Source of the DNA: Squalus acanthias
Taxonomy: Eukaryota
Length of the DNA: 64,000 nt
Direction: 5' to 3'
Assembly: GCA_030390025.1 (NCBI GenBank)
Contig: CM059448.1
Span: 10,788,001-10,852,000, forward strand
In this document: positions 49,781-63,139 of the stretch, piece by piece
Position numbering within the stretch: the first letter of the stretch is position 1
Layout: every line of letters begins with the position of its first letter
Program-made: the position numbers and the translations under genes
The notes under the pieces: model-generated
Database searches by the model: none
Told to the model about the DNA's origin: nothing
What the model saw: only the letters and a program-made list of their open reading frames with translations

Positions 49781-51260
49781 GAGGGGAAAGGGAGAACAGG
49801 TTTCAGCAAACCAGGGAAGTTGCTTACCTGTGACGTGCAGGTTAAGAATTCTTAGGGGGCCTGTGCACCAAAAACATTTGGGGGCCCCTCCGCAGCCATC
49901 CCTCCACCCCACCCCCTAACCAGTGGTTGTGTTCATTTTTCTGCATTATGGTGAGCTTTACCGAGAGCCCCATATTTGGCTGGGGCCCCTGGGCACAGGC
50001 CCTGTGGGCCCATGAATTAATCTATCCCTGGTAACATGAGCACTAAGATAGTAGAATTCAATCCAAATCAAATTAACTTTGTAAAATAAAAAGTATAAAA
50101 GTACTAAATTATGATGTGAACTTTTCGCCATTCATAAAAAAGTGGTTTATTCCTGGGCTCAATTATAGTACTGCTATGATTACAGGGCAAGTTCTTGCTT
50201 TTAGATGTAGATTCTCTGCATAACATATTTTAGAATCACATTTTGAACGTAGTCAATGATACAATAACCTTAAATTTGTCAAAGCAACAGCTAGGCAATA
50301 TTATGTTTAATACTGTGCTGTGGACTATTTATCAAACATACCCTTTTGATTTCAGTGTAATAAGCATCCTCAGGATCTTGACATTTTATTGAGTGGCGAG
50401 CTGTATATGTCTCTTTAGCAGCTGCCCGCATTACAAAGAAGCTGCCACGAGCTCCACTTGTATGCAATAACTAACCTTAGACTTAAAAGGGGTCAGACTG
50501 TGCCGTACAGTATTAGCACATCACTGCGTTGTTGCAATTGTATTAAGTTCCTCTGTCTGCCAGTGCGTGTATTTAGAAGGAGTTAACTCCTCAGTAAAAA
50601 TAGTGGACAAAGGAATTTCGCAAATGCTGGAGGTTCCTCTATGCGTTACATTTATCCCAACAGATCAGAATGCACAGATGACTTTGCCCATCCCGTTAAT
50701 GTAAGTGGAGTTAGTGAGGCAAATAATGTATGTAACAAACAAATGTCTTCCATGCTAATGCTGCTAAAACTGCAAAATTTTGCAGTTGGGTCAGGAGAAT
50801 CCTCACAAAAATGCAACATGCAATGTTCGACAGTGGAAACTTTGCCAACACATTTATCAGTCAGCACTTTCGACAGGGAAAACAACATTCCATTTTCAAA
50901 TAAAGCACAAGAGACACAAAGTGTTTATTATTTTTGATTATTAAAAAAGACCAGTGCAGATTCTACCTGAAGAATATGCTTTCCATTATACTTTTAAAAT
51001 GCTCCAAACTACAGAAACAAGGTAGAGTGGATACGAAATATTACCACAATATTAGCAGAGATTGTTTAGGGCATAAAAACGTAAAGGAAATTATCAGTGC
51101 AATGTGTATGTAGTGCATTGAGCTTCAAAGCTAGGACCATAAACCCTATCTTACCAAAGAACTGGCCCTGCACAATTCATGCATTTTTGGAACTTTAAAT
51201 AAATATTGGTGCAATATCTAGCTTATTAATAAGTGTAGCTTAATTTTTTTTACAAGTCAA

Positions 51261-51443
51261 AGGCCCTGAAATTACACTATGGGATACTGGCATGCAAATG
51301 CTTAATATTTTCATATGAAATTCCTTTTCCTGCCATTTAAAATAAACAGGTTTATTATTCCTTTGGGATACTGAGCAGGGGAATTTCGTATGAACATATT
51401 TCGCATTCAGATGCTAATATCCTACAGTGTAACTGCAAGGCCT
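51261..51443. mobile_element. Old palindromic MITE downstream of the EXO5 stop codon
   Basis: ~33-bp imperfect TIRs plus an internal inverted arm. Confidence 0.65.
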
Positions 51444-53125
51444 CAGTCTTTCATTCACCCTCTTGTTTCACTATAGCAGTCGTCCCCTAGTTTTATCCCC
51501 ATTCATATTTCCGCAGGCTGCATATCTCCTGCAACCGAAAGGGTGGGCCGGTGACCTACTCCGAGAGCTGCCTTTGCTGGTCTTGCGCCATTTTCTGTAA
51601 GACGTGCAACAGCAGCCGAGGGACAACTCTCTTTCAACTTTCCCTTCCCTCTTGTGACGGCTGGGATTGGAAACGCAGCAACACCGTGGAAATTGAAATG
51701 CAATCCCCGCTGTATGGCACCACATGCTGGTGCCCCAACACACGGTGGCAGAGCACTGCTTGAAACAATTCACAGTGCAAACCCTCTGAACAGAGCTCCA
51801 TAACTATCTAGCATTGATTGTTAGATTAAATGGGACCAATGGATAATCCTGAGGCATTTTCCCTTTAAGATCATTTCCCCGGATTCTCTGATGGCTCAGT
51901 GAGTTTATCCGGCCACGCCAGAAAAATCCCATGTTCAATTCCCAGTGTGTGCTCAGTTAATTCACTGACCTCAGCCAGTAGGGAAGCTATGATTGGATGT
52001 GGATGAGTTCGAAAGGGCTGAATTTACTGGGGTTCCCGCTATCTATTGACCCCAGCTGGGTGTATGTGGATGTTGGGTGACAACAAGAATAGTGTGCATG
52101 TGATGCCCCTGCTCCAACTGCTGCTATCCAGTGGCACAATTCACATATGATAATGGCTACTTGGATGAGGTGCTTCGAACCATCCCCTACCAAGGCGTCA
52201 GTTCTTTCAAAAGAGGGAGGGGAAGGGAGATGGCGGAAAGGACGAAGGACTGGAAAGTTACAAAATTATCACTTTCCCTCCAAACTCCCTCCTTGTAGGT
52301 TAGAATGACAGTTTCTTGATTATCGAGGGATATCCTGAACACTATCAGTAAGAACGCTTGGGTTGTAGTGCATAAAGCTCTAGTTCCGCCAAACAGGACA
52401 GCAAAGAGCTCTGAAATGAGGAATTTGATAAACTCTAAATACGCATGGTGGATCACTACTTACATCGGTTAGTATAATCTGTACATTACAACATAATTAT
52501 AATCCCACTTTACACCAGTGACTACACTTCACAAGTACTTCATTGGCTGTAAAGCGCTTTGGGACGACCTGTGGTTGTGAAAGGCGTTCTAGAAATGCAA
52601 GTCTTTTTTCTTTTACATCAACTAATTAAGGTCAGGAGACTTACATACAAAAATATTAAGGGCAAGGTTTTCTTTTTAAAAGCAAAAAATGGTCAAATTT
52701 CATCAGATGCTTCAAGAAATGCTAGCTCGTGGCAAACCTAGTCCACTGGCAGTCACATCTGTCCAAAATACCATAAAGTTAACAGATAGCTGTTAACAGT
52801 ACCATGAGCCATTTCACATCCAAAAAATACATTCAATTCAGTATAGCTGGAAACTGCTTTACATGACAGCACATACTGTGAGGCAGCAGAAAAGCATTAA
52901 TGGAAATCCTCTCTGCAGCAAGCAAGGTTTTTCGTGACCATATTTGTCAAGCTGTGTGTTCTGGGCAGTCAAGTGATACACTGGCATTGGCGTGCTGGCA
53001 TTATCGAGAGGCATTCGGATATTAGTGTGCTCACATGCTAGTGTGGCACCCTGGCTTTAGCATGCTTACAGTCAAGAGGAGAAATCTGATGGTCCCGGTT
53101 TAAAACGACAAGTTGATTACAATCC

Positions 53126-53593
53126 TCATTTGCTTTGATTTGCTCGATTCTTCTGGGTAGCTTCTTCAGCTTTTCTCTTTCGCCACTCACAAATGTCTGC
53201 AAAGTCACAAGTCCGACATTTCCACGCCTCCTCAATATCCACCCCCTTGGCCTCCCTCTGGCCCTTCCAGAAGGAGCAATAATGCTTCAGCTCACTTTTA
53301 ACCCACTCCTCTTCAAAGCGCACCACTTCTGTTCCGATCACAGAGGCATCTGCTTGGTAACAGTATTCTATCTTCATGGTGTCGACGGTGGGGAGCTCCG
53401 CGTACGTCAGGTTCAACAACATTAAATCCAGAAGGTCACCGAATGTGTTTATGGTAAACCCCGCCTTCTGGGCATGCACCATAACCTCTAACCCAAAGGT
53501 CTGCTCTGTCCGTAAGTGAAGCTGGTGAGTGATGGTGTCCTTGTTCAGTTGGCCTTTGATCATAGCCTCAAAGAGGAGTTTGTATATACTGAC
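53126..53593 (-). CDS. EXO5: EXO5 exon 6 with the C-terminal CxxCxxxxxC Fe-S motif and stop codon
   Basis: ttttattatcag|GTC; 468 nt to TGA; within ORF 53126..53650. Confidence 0.95.
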   Translation of the reverse strand, partial: VSIYKLLFEAMIKGQLNKDTITHQLHLRTEQTFGLEVMVHAQKAGFTINTFGDLLDLMLLNLTYAELPTVDTMKIEYCYQADASVIGTEVVRFEEEWVKSELKHYCSFWKGQREAKGVDIEEAWKCRTCDFADICEWRKRKAEEATQKNRANQSK

Positions 53594-56500
53594 CTGATAA
53601 TAAAAGGGATCTAGTTTTACTAGATGATAGCTATCCAATCTGTGTAACACAGAGACAACATCACTCCAACATCTGCTTGTTATTCATTGCAGATACTAGA
53701 GCTCATTACAGGTTCCCTGGTTTTGCTGCATAGATTGCTCATGGGCTATAAAGCACGAAACAAAGTGACGTAACAGCAACCCGCAACTTCTTCCCAATTG
53801 GACAGTAGCAAGATCACGTCCCAAAGTGTTTTGTCACTCAATTTGCTGGACATGTGATTTATACAGAACACAACAGCACCAAGAAATAAATACTTGCATT
53901 TAAATAGCAGCTTACGTTGTTGAAACATCTCAGAGGATTTCACTTATTTTTTTTTTTTAAAGAGTGCAAGGACTATTAGGCAGGCAAATACGACAGCCAT
54001 TCTGCAGCAGTAACATCCCACAAACAGTAATGAGAAATTGGTGGAGGGAGGAATATTGGACAGTGTGACAAAAATGAAGCAGTATTTGAATCAGGTAGCT
54101 GCCTAATTCAGTAACGATACTGAAGTGTTTAAAAGCCAGCAAATGATACAAATGTTAGGAGTTTTTTCTATTGGTTTCCAAGGTTACGGGCTTGAGAGAG
54201 AAACTGAGCCACATATTTCAAATACATACACAGTGTAAATGGTTCAGTTATGTGTATAACAGCCAATTATTTTTGAATCCAAGTGTCAAGTCATTTAAAT
54301 CCAACAAGTCCTAGCAACCGATCGATGGATATCAAACCCTGTAAATACCGTGTGGAGCTTTATCAAACCAATTGGAATCTTCACAGAAAGATACGGTAGA
54401 GTACCTAGCTCTTGCTAGAAAAGATTACAAGAAAGAAAAGAACTGCATACATAAAAGTTATCTATAAAAGAACGTCTTACGGTATAGATTGTTTCCTTTT
54501 ACTGCTTTCCTTTCAAGAATCTAAATAATAACATTTCAACTGTGTATATTATACTATTATTATAGAATAGCTTGTTCATAGTTTGATTAATAAATTCTTT
54601 TAATAAACCTAAAACGAGGTCTGAGGTGATGCTCTGGCGCTTTTGAAGAACCATCTTGCGGAGACAATAAGATCATTTCTAGTAGCTAAACAATTAACAG
54701 GGAGTTTGTTCTGTTTGTTATCTTGGGAATATTACTGAACACTTATTTAGATAAGTGAAGATACTCTCAAAGGCATGGGGAGTTGGGAATCACCTTTGAG
54801 ATTGATCTAAAACCATAGAATCCAAAAGATCCAGAGCAAGAAGGGGAGAATGGACCCCAAAAACATAATAAAGATAAGAGATTTTTTTTGAAGATAGCCA
54901 TAAGATTTTTAATGTCCAACTGAACCATTGGTCCAAGCAGCTGGTGCCTCAGTTTGACATCTCATCTGAAAGATGGCACCTCCAACAATGCAGTACCTCC
55001 ACATTACTGCACTGGACTTGTTTGTGCGTTCAAGTCCTGATGGGAGGCTTGAACCCAAACATCTTCTGACCCAGAGGTAAGAGAGCTGCCAAATAAGCCA
55101 GACAGAAAAGTCCATGAAAATACTCCCACAACGTGAACTTCGAATTCGCTCTTAAGTACAAAGGCTCCATGGACATTGTTGCACTGTAGAGTTAGTGCTG
55201 TGTAGATATGACCCTACTATAGAGCGGTACAAAACGTAACCAGTGATATGCACTTTACCAATGCAACAGGGGATGGCCGTCCAATGAGGTCTAGGAATGA
55301 CCAAGTCATTTTTGTTCCGAACATTAAGAAACATTATACAAAAGCATGATGCCAATATTTTAATAACCAATTTAAGTGAGTCAGTACAAAATTGATTCAT
55401 TCCAAATGATTCTTGCCCCACGCACTTACTTGTAAGTGATGACTCTTTCTTTGGGCTGCACTGGGAAATGTTCGGTGACCACGTGTTTTCAGTTCACGCA
55501 ATTCCAGTTCGCCCTTGGAATTATAGCACAGCTCGTCAATAACACCAACCAGGAAAATCCCCTCCAGCTCTCCAAACACCGGCAGCTCTCGTACACGCTC
55601 TCCTATACAACCACAGCAATTCATTAGATATACCAAATTCCGCTGCTTCATCAATGACCTTCCCTCCAACATAAGGTCAGAAATGGGGATGTTCACTGAT
55701 GACTGCACAGTGTTCAGTGCCATTCACAACTCCTCAGATAATGAAGCAGTCCATGCCCGCATGCAACAAGACCTGGACGACATTCAGTCTTGGGCTGCTA
55801 AGTGGCAGGTAATATTCGCACCATACAAGTGCCAGGCAATGACTATCTCCAACAAGCGAGCGTCTAACCACCGCCCCTTAACATTCAATGGCATTACCAT
55901 CGCCGAATCCCCCACTATCAACATCCTGGGGGTCACTATTGACCAGAAACTTAACTGGACCAGCCACATAAATACTGTGGCAACAAGAGCAGGTTAGGGG
56001 CTAGGTATACTGTGTCTCATCTCCTGACTCCCCAAAGCCTTTCCGCCATCTACAAGACAGAAGTAAGGAGTGTGATGGAATACTCTCCACTTGCCTGGAT
56101 GAGTGCAGCTCCAACAACACTCAAGAAGCTCGACACCATCCAGGACAAAGCAGCCCGCTTGATTGGCACCCCATCCACCACTTTAAACATTCATTCCCTC
56201 CACCACCGGCGTACCGTGGCAGCAGTGTGCACCATCTACAAGATGCACTGCAGCAACTCGCCAAGGCTTCTGCGGCAGCACCTCCCAAACCCGCGGCCTC
56301 TTCCACCTAGAAGGACAAGGGTAGCAGGCGCATGGGAACACCACCACCTCCAAATTCCGCTCCAAGTCACACACCATCCTGACTTAGAAGTATATCACCG
56401 TTCCTTCATCGTCGCTGGGTCAAAATCCTGGAACTCCCTCCCTAACAGCACTGTGGGAGTACCTTCACCACACGGACTGCAGTGGTTCAAGTCAGCAGCT

Positions 56501-59500
56501 CACCACCACCTTCTCAGGGGCAATTAGGGATGGGCAATAAATGCTGGCTTTGCCAACGACGCCCACATCCCATGAAAGAATTTTTTTTAAATACTATATA
56601 GTGGACTGGTAAGCCACTATGGCATACACTACTAAAGCAGATGGTTAGAGATTTGGAGTCCTACGTGACCCATCACTCAAATCCGACTGCCTTTCAGCTA
56701 GATTTTGTCAGTTCTCAGCTGAATGTATAAGTGGACAGCAAGGCAACTTAAAAAAAAAAATCAGACTCCATCCAGCAAGTCAGGCAAACTGGGTGGCGCT
56801 GTGGAAAAGGCTACAAAGCAAACTTCCCAGCTGAAGGAGTCTGAGATGCTTTGTGGAGAAAAGAAGCAACATGTTGAACGCGTTATAATATTTTGGGCTG
56901 AAATACAAATTACCTGCCTTTAAGTGCCTTTTATGTAACTACCTGCCGGTGTCTTTTACATACCTGCCTGCAAGAACTGGATCATTGAGAGAAGATTAAG
57001 CAGCTTAACAGCCCAGCTATCTTCCCGGCTCTCTACATTTATTGGGACAATGTCCTGGACCTCCAACTCTAAAACAGAAGACAGAAATACACTTTATCAA
57101 CGCAGGAGCATTGTGATATACAGTACACAGCAGAATAGCAGTACACATGTGAATTAAACTGGATAGACATGGGAGATCCATGGCTTTAAGCTTGTCACTA
57201 GGAGGTTGAAAAGGATCTACAGTATTTTAAAGGCAGGGATTTCAATCCTAACCCACCTCATTCAGCAATGAAGCGACGCTAGATCTTAAACTATTGTCGG
57301 GAGTACTGGTTCAATCAAACGGTCGTTCCCTCAACAGCAGCTTTGTGTCTTCCAAGACATCAGTTAAAAGATCAGAAAATAAATGGGTAAATGGTGACTC
57401 ATTATGATGTGGAAGATCCAGCTTTTGATTCCTCCTCCATTCTGAGTTAAATTATCTCAGCCAAAATAGGCAGAGGAGAAAAGGAACACGAGCCAGGGTC
57501 CTCACACCTAATTAGTGTCCCTGCCGGAAAATGCACACGTGTTGGAGAGGATTGGACTTGGCTGTGATACACCTCACAATCAAGTAACAAACCAATGCTA
57601 ACTATCTAGGCTCGCAAGCGAACCATGGGCACTTGGAGGAGGTACTGGACCGTCAGCCTTCAGAAGGGGAGCAGAGAGGAGAGAAAAACAAAAACACTAA
57701 AAACTGATACCCTACAAGTATGAGCTGCATATCTAGGGAAACCGCTGGGAGGGGAAGAGAGCAGATTACTCAAACTATTATTTGGAAGCCTGGCTACAAT
57801 TTTCTTGTCTTTACTGTAGGTTCAGTGAGGCTATTCAGTCAAGGCTTCAGTCGCACTGGCACTTGGTGGTAACACTGATTGGTACAAGCTTACAAGATTA
57901 ACAAATTTTTGTTGATCGCATATCACAAAACTTTTTAAACTTAGGAAATGGAAATGAAAAAAGTGAGACTTGCAACTGCGGAGAGCGCATTTGTGGAGCT
58001 AGATTTTTTTTTAAAAGTCAACCGCCATCAATTTAATGACGCGAGTGACAGCCGACATTTTAATTACTAGGAAGTGCAGGAACATTTTATTTCTCTTCCC
58101 CATCCCTATTTTTAAAGCTATTTACACCCCTTTTGATTATCCCAGTGACACCAGCCAACCCGTGTCTGGCGGGGCAGGGAAGGAAAAATACAGACAACGT
58201 GCCCCGTGAGCTGGCTTTTAGGAAGTGTGCATGATTAACACTTGCCCTTAGTAGCTTTTTTTTCCCTCCCTGAGGGAAGCACTTTATTCCTGCTTACTGG
58301 TTTTCCCAAAGAGGCTGAGATCTGCAAAGCACTGTGTGTGGAATCGTGGCTACAGATCTGCACCTTAGCACCCTGTGGTATGTGGCTATTGCACCGTGAC
58401 GCTGGGCCACAAGCAACATTTCATTCAAGTCGAATAAGTTACCTCTTGCCAGGTGTATACTGCTACCAGCTTTCACAACTGGCACCTCGTCTCGTAGTTG
58501 TTGAATGTGTGGCAGTTCCATCCCATAAAGCACCTGCTGCTCACACCAGGCCTGCCGGCTCAGGTCAGTGACACTCAGGTGCTTGCGGCCGAACCGCTCC
58601 AGCGGGATCCTTCCGTCCCGCTTTTTCCTTTTGGGGCCGCTGCCCTCAGAGAACGGGTCAGTTTCCTTCTCCGACCCAGATGGCTGATTGGAGGATTGCT
58701 CATGTCCCCTGGGAATATAAGATTGTTTGCAAAATTTACTTTTCAATCCCAGAGGCAGAACAAAGTTAAGCAAAGGACACCTCGGCATCAATTTTCTCCT
58801 TTTAACGGTAAAACAGGAAATGGCTGTAATTAACAACCTGCTTTCAAAATCAAGGGCAACCTGTGGCTTTCACCACAGCAATCACTGGGAATGGATTTTA
58901 ATTAGTACTGTAGATTGTTAAATCTGAAGAAAAACAGGCTTTCGTCTATTTTTCACCAAAAGAGTAATTTCACCCCTAAAGTAGTAAAGGATTTCACAAA
59001 CCCTGCAAAACCAGCCACAGTGCTAAGTGAGGGCACCATTATCAAGAATGCTTTAAAAGAAAAACGCTGGAATAGCTCTGCTGTTAAATGCATTGCACGA
59101 TGAGACATTCAGCCATATAAACCACAAAAGTGCAATCTAACCCACACCTCCAAGCCAAGAGACTTTGTTATTACAATGTGCTGCAAGGATTAACCACAAT
59201 AATATCTATAAATTAAATTAAATACTTAAAATTACCTGCAGGTAGCTTCTGCTGTTCCTTGGCCAGTACAGCAAGACTCAGTGGATCTGCTTGAGGTTTG
59301 ATCATTGTGTCCTCCAGATGGCTCAGGCCCTTCTATGAATTCAGCAATTAGGCAACAGGTCATTAGATATATTTCTGTAAACCTAACTCTACATTTTTTT
59401 TTCCCAAATTAATTTAAAATTGCAGTCGTTCTAAAATTGACAATCTGCAATTCCCACCCACATGGCGGTCTATAAAACAATAAACTGCACATCTGCATCA

Positions 59501-62500
59501 CACCTCGGGAAATACATATCTGAAGTTTCCAACATTATAACCTTATACAGACAACTAAATAAGAGCGTTTAGCTTGTTGCACGTCAATGCCAGACACTCT
59601 CTCACTTATAGGCACTTGCCCACCTTTAGGCAATTTTTTTGAAGGAGGCCAAAAGAGTAGAGGTGGCATGATGCACAAAGTTTACTAACAATAGATAATG
59701 CTGTGCAACAATAATCTGAGAACCTCGAATGCATTCCTGTGCTGCCAATTTTTCTCACAAAAATTTATTCCAGTACAAATATCTTCCCACTTGGCTGACA
59801 TTTATCGCGCAACCAACACCACAAAAACAGATCGTCAATGAATTTGTCTCATGGCTGTTTGTGGGAGCATGCTGTGCACAAATCGGCTGCCATGTTTCCC
59901 TACATTACAACAGTGACAACATTTCAAAAGTGCATCATTGGCTGTGAAGTGCTTTGAGACCTCCTGAGGTCATGAACGGTGCTATATAAATGCAAGTTCT
60001 TTCTTTTTCTTTGCCTGCAAGTTATGGCTATTTCTAATTCTAGGCATCTCTGGCTACATCAAGGTACAGCAACTACCAGAGTATTCTTCTATCGTGCAAG
60101 CCTACATGGAATGGCTGCATCTTGAGTTAGCTGATCTCATATGGGGCAGTGTTAAAGCACCTTGCATAAGGAAGTGGGGAAGAAAATCAACAGGGTGAAA
60201 GGGTACGTTGGTGGATAGAATCATAGAATCGTTACAGCACAGAAGGAGGCCACAAGGCCCGTTGAGCCCATGCCAGCTCTCTGCAAGAGCACTTCAGCTA
60301 GTCCCAATCCCCCGCCCTTTCCCCGTAGTCCTGAAAATGTTTTTCCTTCAGGTACTTATCTAATTCCCTTTTGAAAGCCATGATTGAATCTGCCTCCACC
60401 ACCCTTTCAGGCAGTGCATTCCAGATCATAATCACTCACTGCCTCATGTCGACTTTGATCTTCTGCCAATCACCTTAAATCTGTGTCCTCTGATTCTCGA
60501 CCCTTCCGCCAATGGGAACAGTTTCTCTCTATCTACTCTGTCTGGACCCCTCATGATTTTGAACACCTCATGTTGTCAGATGAGGCTAAGATTACGCTTG
60601 GCTGTGATGTCCCCACACAGTCAGACAGCCTTCACCCACGAACCACTAAGGCTCTAATATGGGCAAGGTACTGAAGGGCAACAGTTGTCTGGTATAACCA
60701 TACCCATTAAGGCAGTGAATACCTTCAGAAGAGGAGCGGAGAGGAGAAAACTGGAGAAGAAAACAAATTCAATGGATTGAATAAACAGGATATACTCTAG
60801 GGTTTAATGGGTTAGAGAGAAAAAAAAGCTGAGCAAGATCCGAAGTTATGTATATAAAATCCAAATATGTTGCCAAATGATAAACCATCAATATTCAGTC
60901 ACGACCATTCAGAAAAGGTCACAGAGTCCTGACTTCTAACAAGAAAATCTATGACGGTTTACTGCTCAACATGGCAATGCCATCACCAGGCAGCAATGTT
61001 ACAACTATATGGGCTTTCTTATCCTACTGCACATGAATCAAAATACATCTTTTATACTGTTTAACCACTATAGGTTTAAACATGTAGAATGGCCCACAGG
61101 AAGATTTTTTTTTCAGGTGGGGGGGGGGGGGGGAAGGAAAGTATCTTCAAATTAATTATATTACATCTTTTTTCCACAACTATACTCCTGAAACCACCAC
61201 CTTCAAATGAACCTTCTGCATGTCATCAATTTGTTTCCCATAGGTCACTATTTTGGTTTGAAATGTAAATCGTTCAATTACACCCAAACTCCTTAAATGA
61301 AACACATCCTGTCACACAGACCAGAAAATCCAAATTGGATCCCTGGTCGATGCAAAGAAGTCAGTGTTCCTGCTCCTGATCACAAACCAATGACCTCTGC
61401 TGGAAGTGTATATGTGGACATCAGGGAGGACAGATTGGGCTTGACAGTGGGGATCCCTGTGACTGAACACCCTGAATTACTTTTTTTCCCCTCCTTCTCC
61501 CTAGGCCAAGGATGTCAAGGTAAATAGCAGCACTCAACTGCTGCTGACACACTGCCTGAATTCAATCATGAAGAAAGGCTAATTTGCCAAGGTACTAGGG
61601 GGCAACCAGTACCCAGGGGACCACAGCTCAGCAAGGTGACAACACATTCAGGAAAAAAAATGACTTGTTGATTACAAGTCATTATTTTTTTTGATTACAT
61701 CTAGCCTTTATATAGCATCTTTCATGTAAACAAAAATCTCAAGCCATTTCACAACTTGAAAATAGAACAGCTGGGAACAGATGCTGAGTTAAGGAGCTAG
61801 CTTATCAGCTGTGACCAAAAGCTTAGTCAAAAAGATGGGTTTTAAAAAAGAACTTGCATTTATATAGCAGTTTACCATGTCCTCAGGATCTCTTAAAACA
61901 CTGACTCTGAATTACTTTTTGAATTGTAGTTACTGTTATTAAGTAGGTAAATGTGGCAGCCAATTTGCACACAAAAAATCCCCACAAACAGCAAATCAGA
62001 TAAACGACCAGTTAAAATGAAAACAGAAAATGCTGGAAATATAGGAAAAATGAACAGTTAATCTGTTTTGGTGACGTCAGTGTCAGCTGTGGCTCAGTGG
62101 GTAGCACTCTCGCCTGAGTCAGAAGGTTGTGGGTTCAAGTCCCACTCGACACCCGAGCAGAAAAATCCAGGCTGACACTCCAGTGCAGTGCTGAGGGAGT
62201 GCTGCACTGTCAGAGGAGCTGTCTTTCGGATGAGACGTTAAACCGAGGCCCCGTCTGCTCTCTCAGGTGGACGTAAAAGATCCCGCGGCACTATTTCAAA
62301 GAAGAGCAGGGGAGTTATCCCCGGTGTCCTGACCAATATTTAATCCCTCAATCAACATAACAAAAACAGATTAATCTGATCATTATCAAATTGCTGTTTG
62401 TCAGACTGGCTGTCGTCTTTCCTGTATTACAACAGTGACCGACACGGCAAGAGAGCCCCAGGTGGGCAGAGGAAACGCTTCAAGGACACCCTCAAAGCCT

Positions 62501-63138
62501 CCTTAAAAAAGTGCAACATCCCCACTGACACCTGGGAATCCCTGGCCCAAGACCGCACAAAGTGGAGGAGAAGCATCCGGGAAGGCGCCGAACACCTCCA
62601 GTCTCTTTGCCGGGAGCAAGCGCAAGCACCCCACCCACCCGTTCAACCACCGTCTGCCCCACCTGTGACAGAGACTGTAGGTCCCGCATTGGACTCATCA
62701 GTCACCTGAGAACTTATTTTTAATGTGGAAGCAAGTCATCCTCAGTTCCGAGGGACTGCCTAAGAAGAAGAAAACAGTGACTACACTTCAAAAAGTACTT
62801 AATTGGCTGTAAAGCGCTTTGGGACGTCCTGAGGTCGCTATATAAATGCAAGTCTTTCTTGTTCCAAAAATCTGATGCTAAAGTGCGGATTAAGAGAGGC
62901 CAATACAGGTCAGGACACTGCGAGAACTCCCCTGCTCTTCTTCCACAAGTGCCGTGGGGGATCTTTTAACATCCACCTGGACAGGCAGGCAGACTAGGCC
63001 TCGGTGTGATGTCTTATCCGAAAGAGTCACTGAGTGATGTGCTTATATACCGCGCTCGGCCGCGGTGTCAGCGCCAAACTGATCGACGTCCAGCGCCAGC
63101 AGCTCGGCATCGCTGATCTCAAACTCATCCCGCGACAT
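53126..63138 (-). CDS. EXO5: Exonuclease V, complete spliced CDS of 6 exons, 1197 nt, 398 aa
   Basis: Exons 63138-63051, 59332-59236, 58708-58443, 57068-56964, 55602-55430 and 53593-53126 join in frame with GT-AG. Motifs: [58 protein letters not shown] (Fe-S cysteines); NLS-like PKRKKR. Confidence 0.95.
55430..55602 (-). CDS. EXO5: EXO5 exon 5, catalytic core (GVIDEL...ELKTR)
   Basis: gtatag|GA ... CAA|GTAAGT, 173 nt, phase 1->0. Confidence 0.93.
55641..56585 (+). mobile_element. CR1/L2-group non-LTR retrotransposon 3' part (RT), a second LINE family; other copies at ~452-795 (+), ~18008-18350 (+), ~23115-23272 (-), ~37710-38185 (-)
   Basis: [33 protein letters not shown]; shared 3' tail GGGCAATAAATGCTGGC. 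Confidence 0.85.
56964..57068 (-). CDS. EXO5: EXO5 exon 4 ([36 protein letters not shown])
   Basis: ttctgttttag|AG ... CAG|GTATGT, 105 nt; matches human ELELHD...EDAWAIKFLN. Confidence 0.92.
58443..58708 (-). CDS. EXO5: EXO5 exon 3 (NLS-like motif, WCEQQ Fe-S Cys, GSSIHLAR)
   Basis: ttcccag|G ... GAG|GTAACT, 266 nt; within ORF 58294..58836. Confidence 0.92.
59236..59332 (-). CDS. EXO5: EXO5 exon 2, low-complexity linker
   Basis: catag|AA ... CAG|GTAATT, 97 nt, phase 1->2, needed to link exons 1 and 3 in frame. Confidence 0.72.
60217..60570 (-). mobile_element. CR1 LINE 3' end
   Basis: Reverse-complement similarity to 49450-49780. Confidence 0.8.
62100..62840 (+). mobile_element. Deu-domain SINE (contains the RTE insertion)
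   Basis: TGGCTCAGTGG / GGTTCAAGTCC boxes, core and tail. Confidence 0.82.
62440..62772 (+). mobile_element. RTE-clade LINE 3' end nested in a SINE
   Basis: [28 protein letters not shown]; (AAG)n tail; TSD AACAGTGAC. Confidence 0.8.
63051..63138 (-). CDS. EXO5: EXO5 exon 1 ([29 protein letters not shown])
   Basis: ATG in a CpG island; acidic ISDAELL resembles human LSDSEFL; donor G|GTATAT in phase 1. Confidence 0.8.
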
Positions 63139-63139
63139 C

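Noticed and set aside
58709-58836. EXO5 start inside ORF 58294..58836
   Set aside because: Non-ATG start in intronic sequence; a good acceptor at 58708 and two upstream exons give a conserved-looking N-terminus
62100-62170. tRNA gene (A and B boxes); similar heads at ~32230, ~42060-42120 and ~20820-20890
   Set aside because: These are tRNA-derived SINE heads that continue into SINE bodies; no complete cloverleaf
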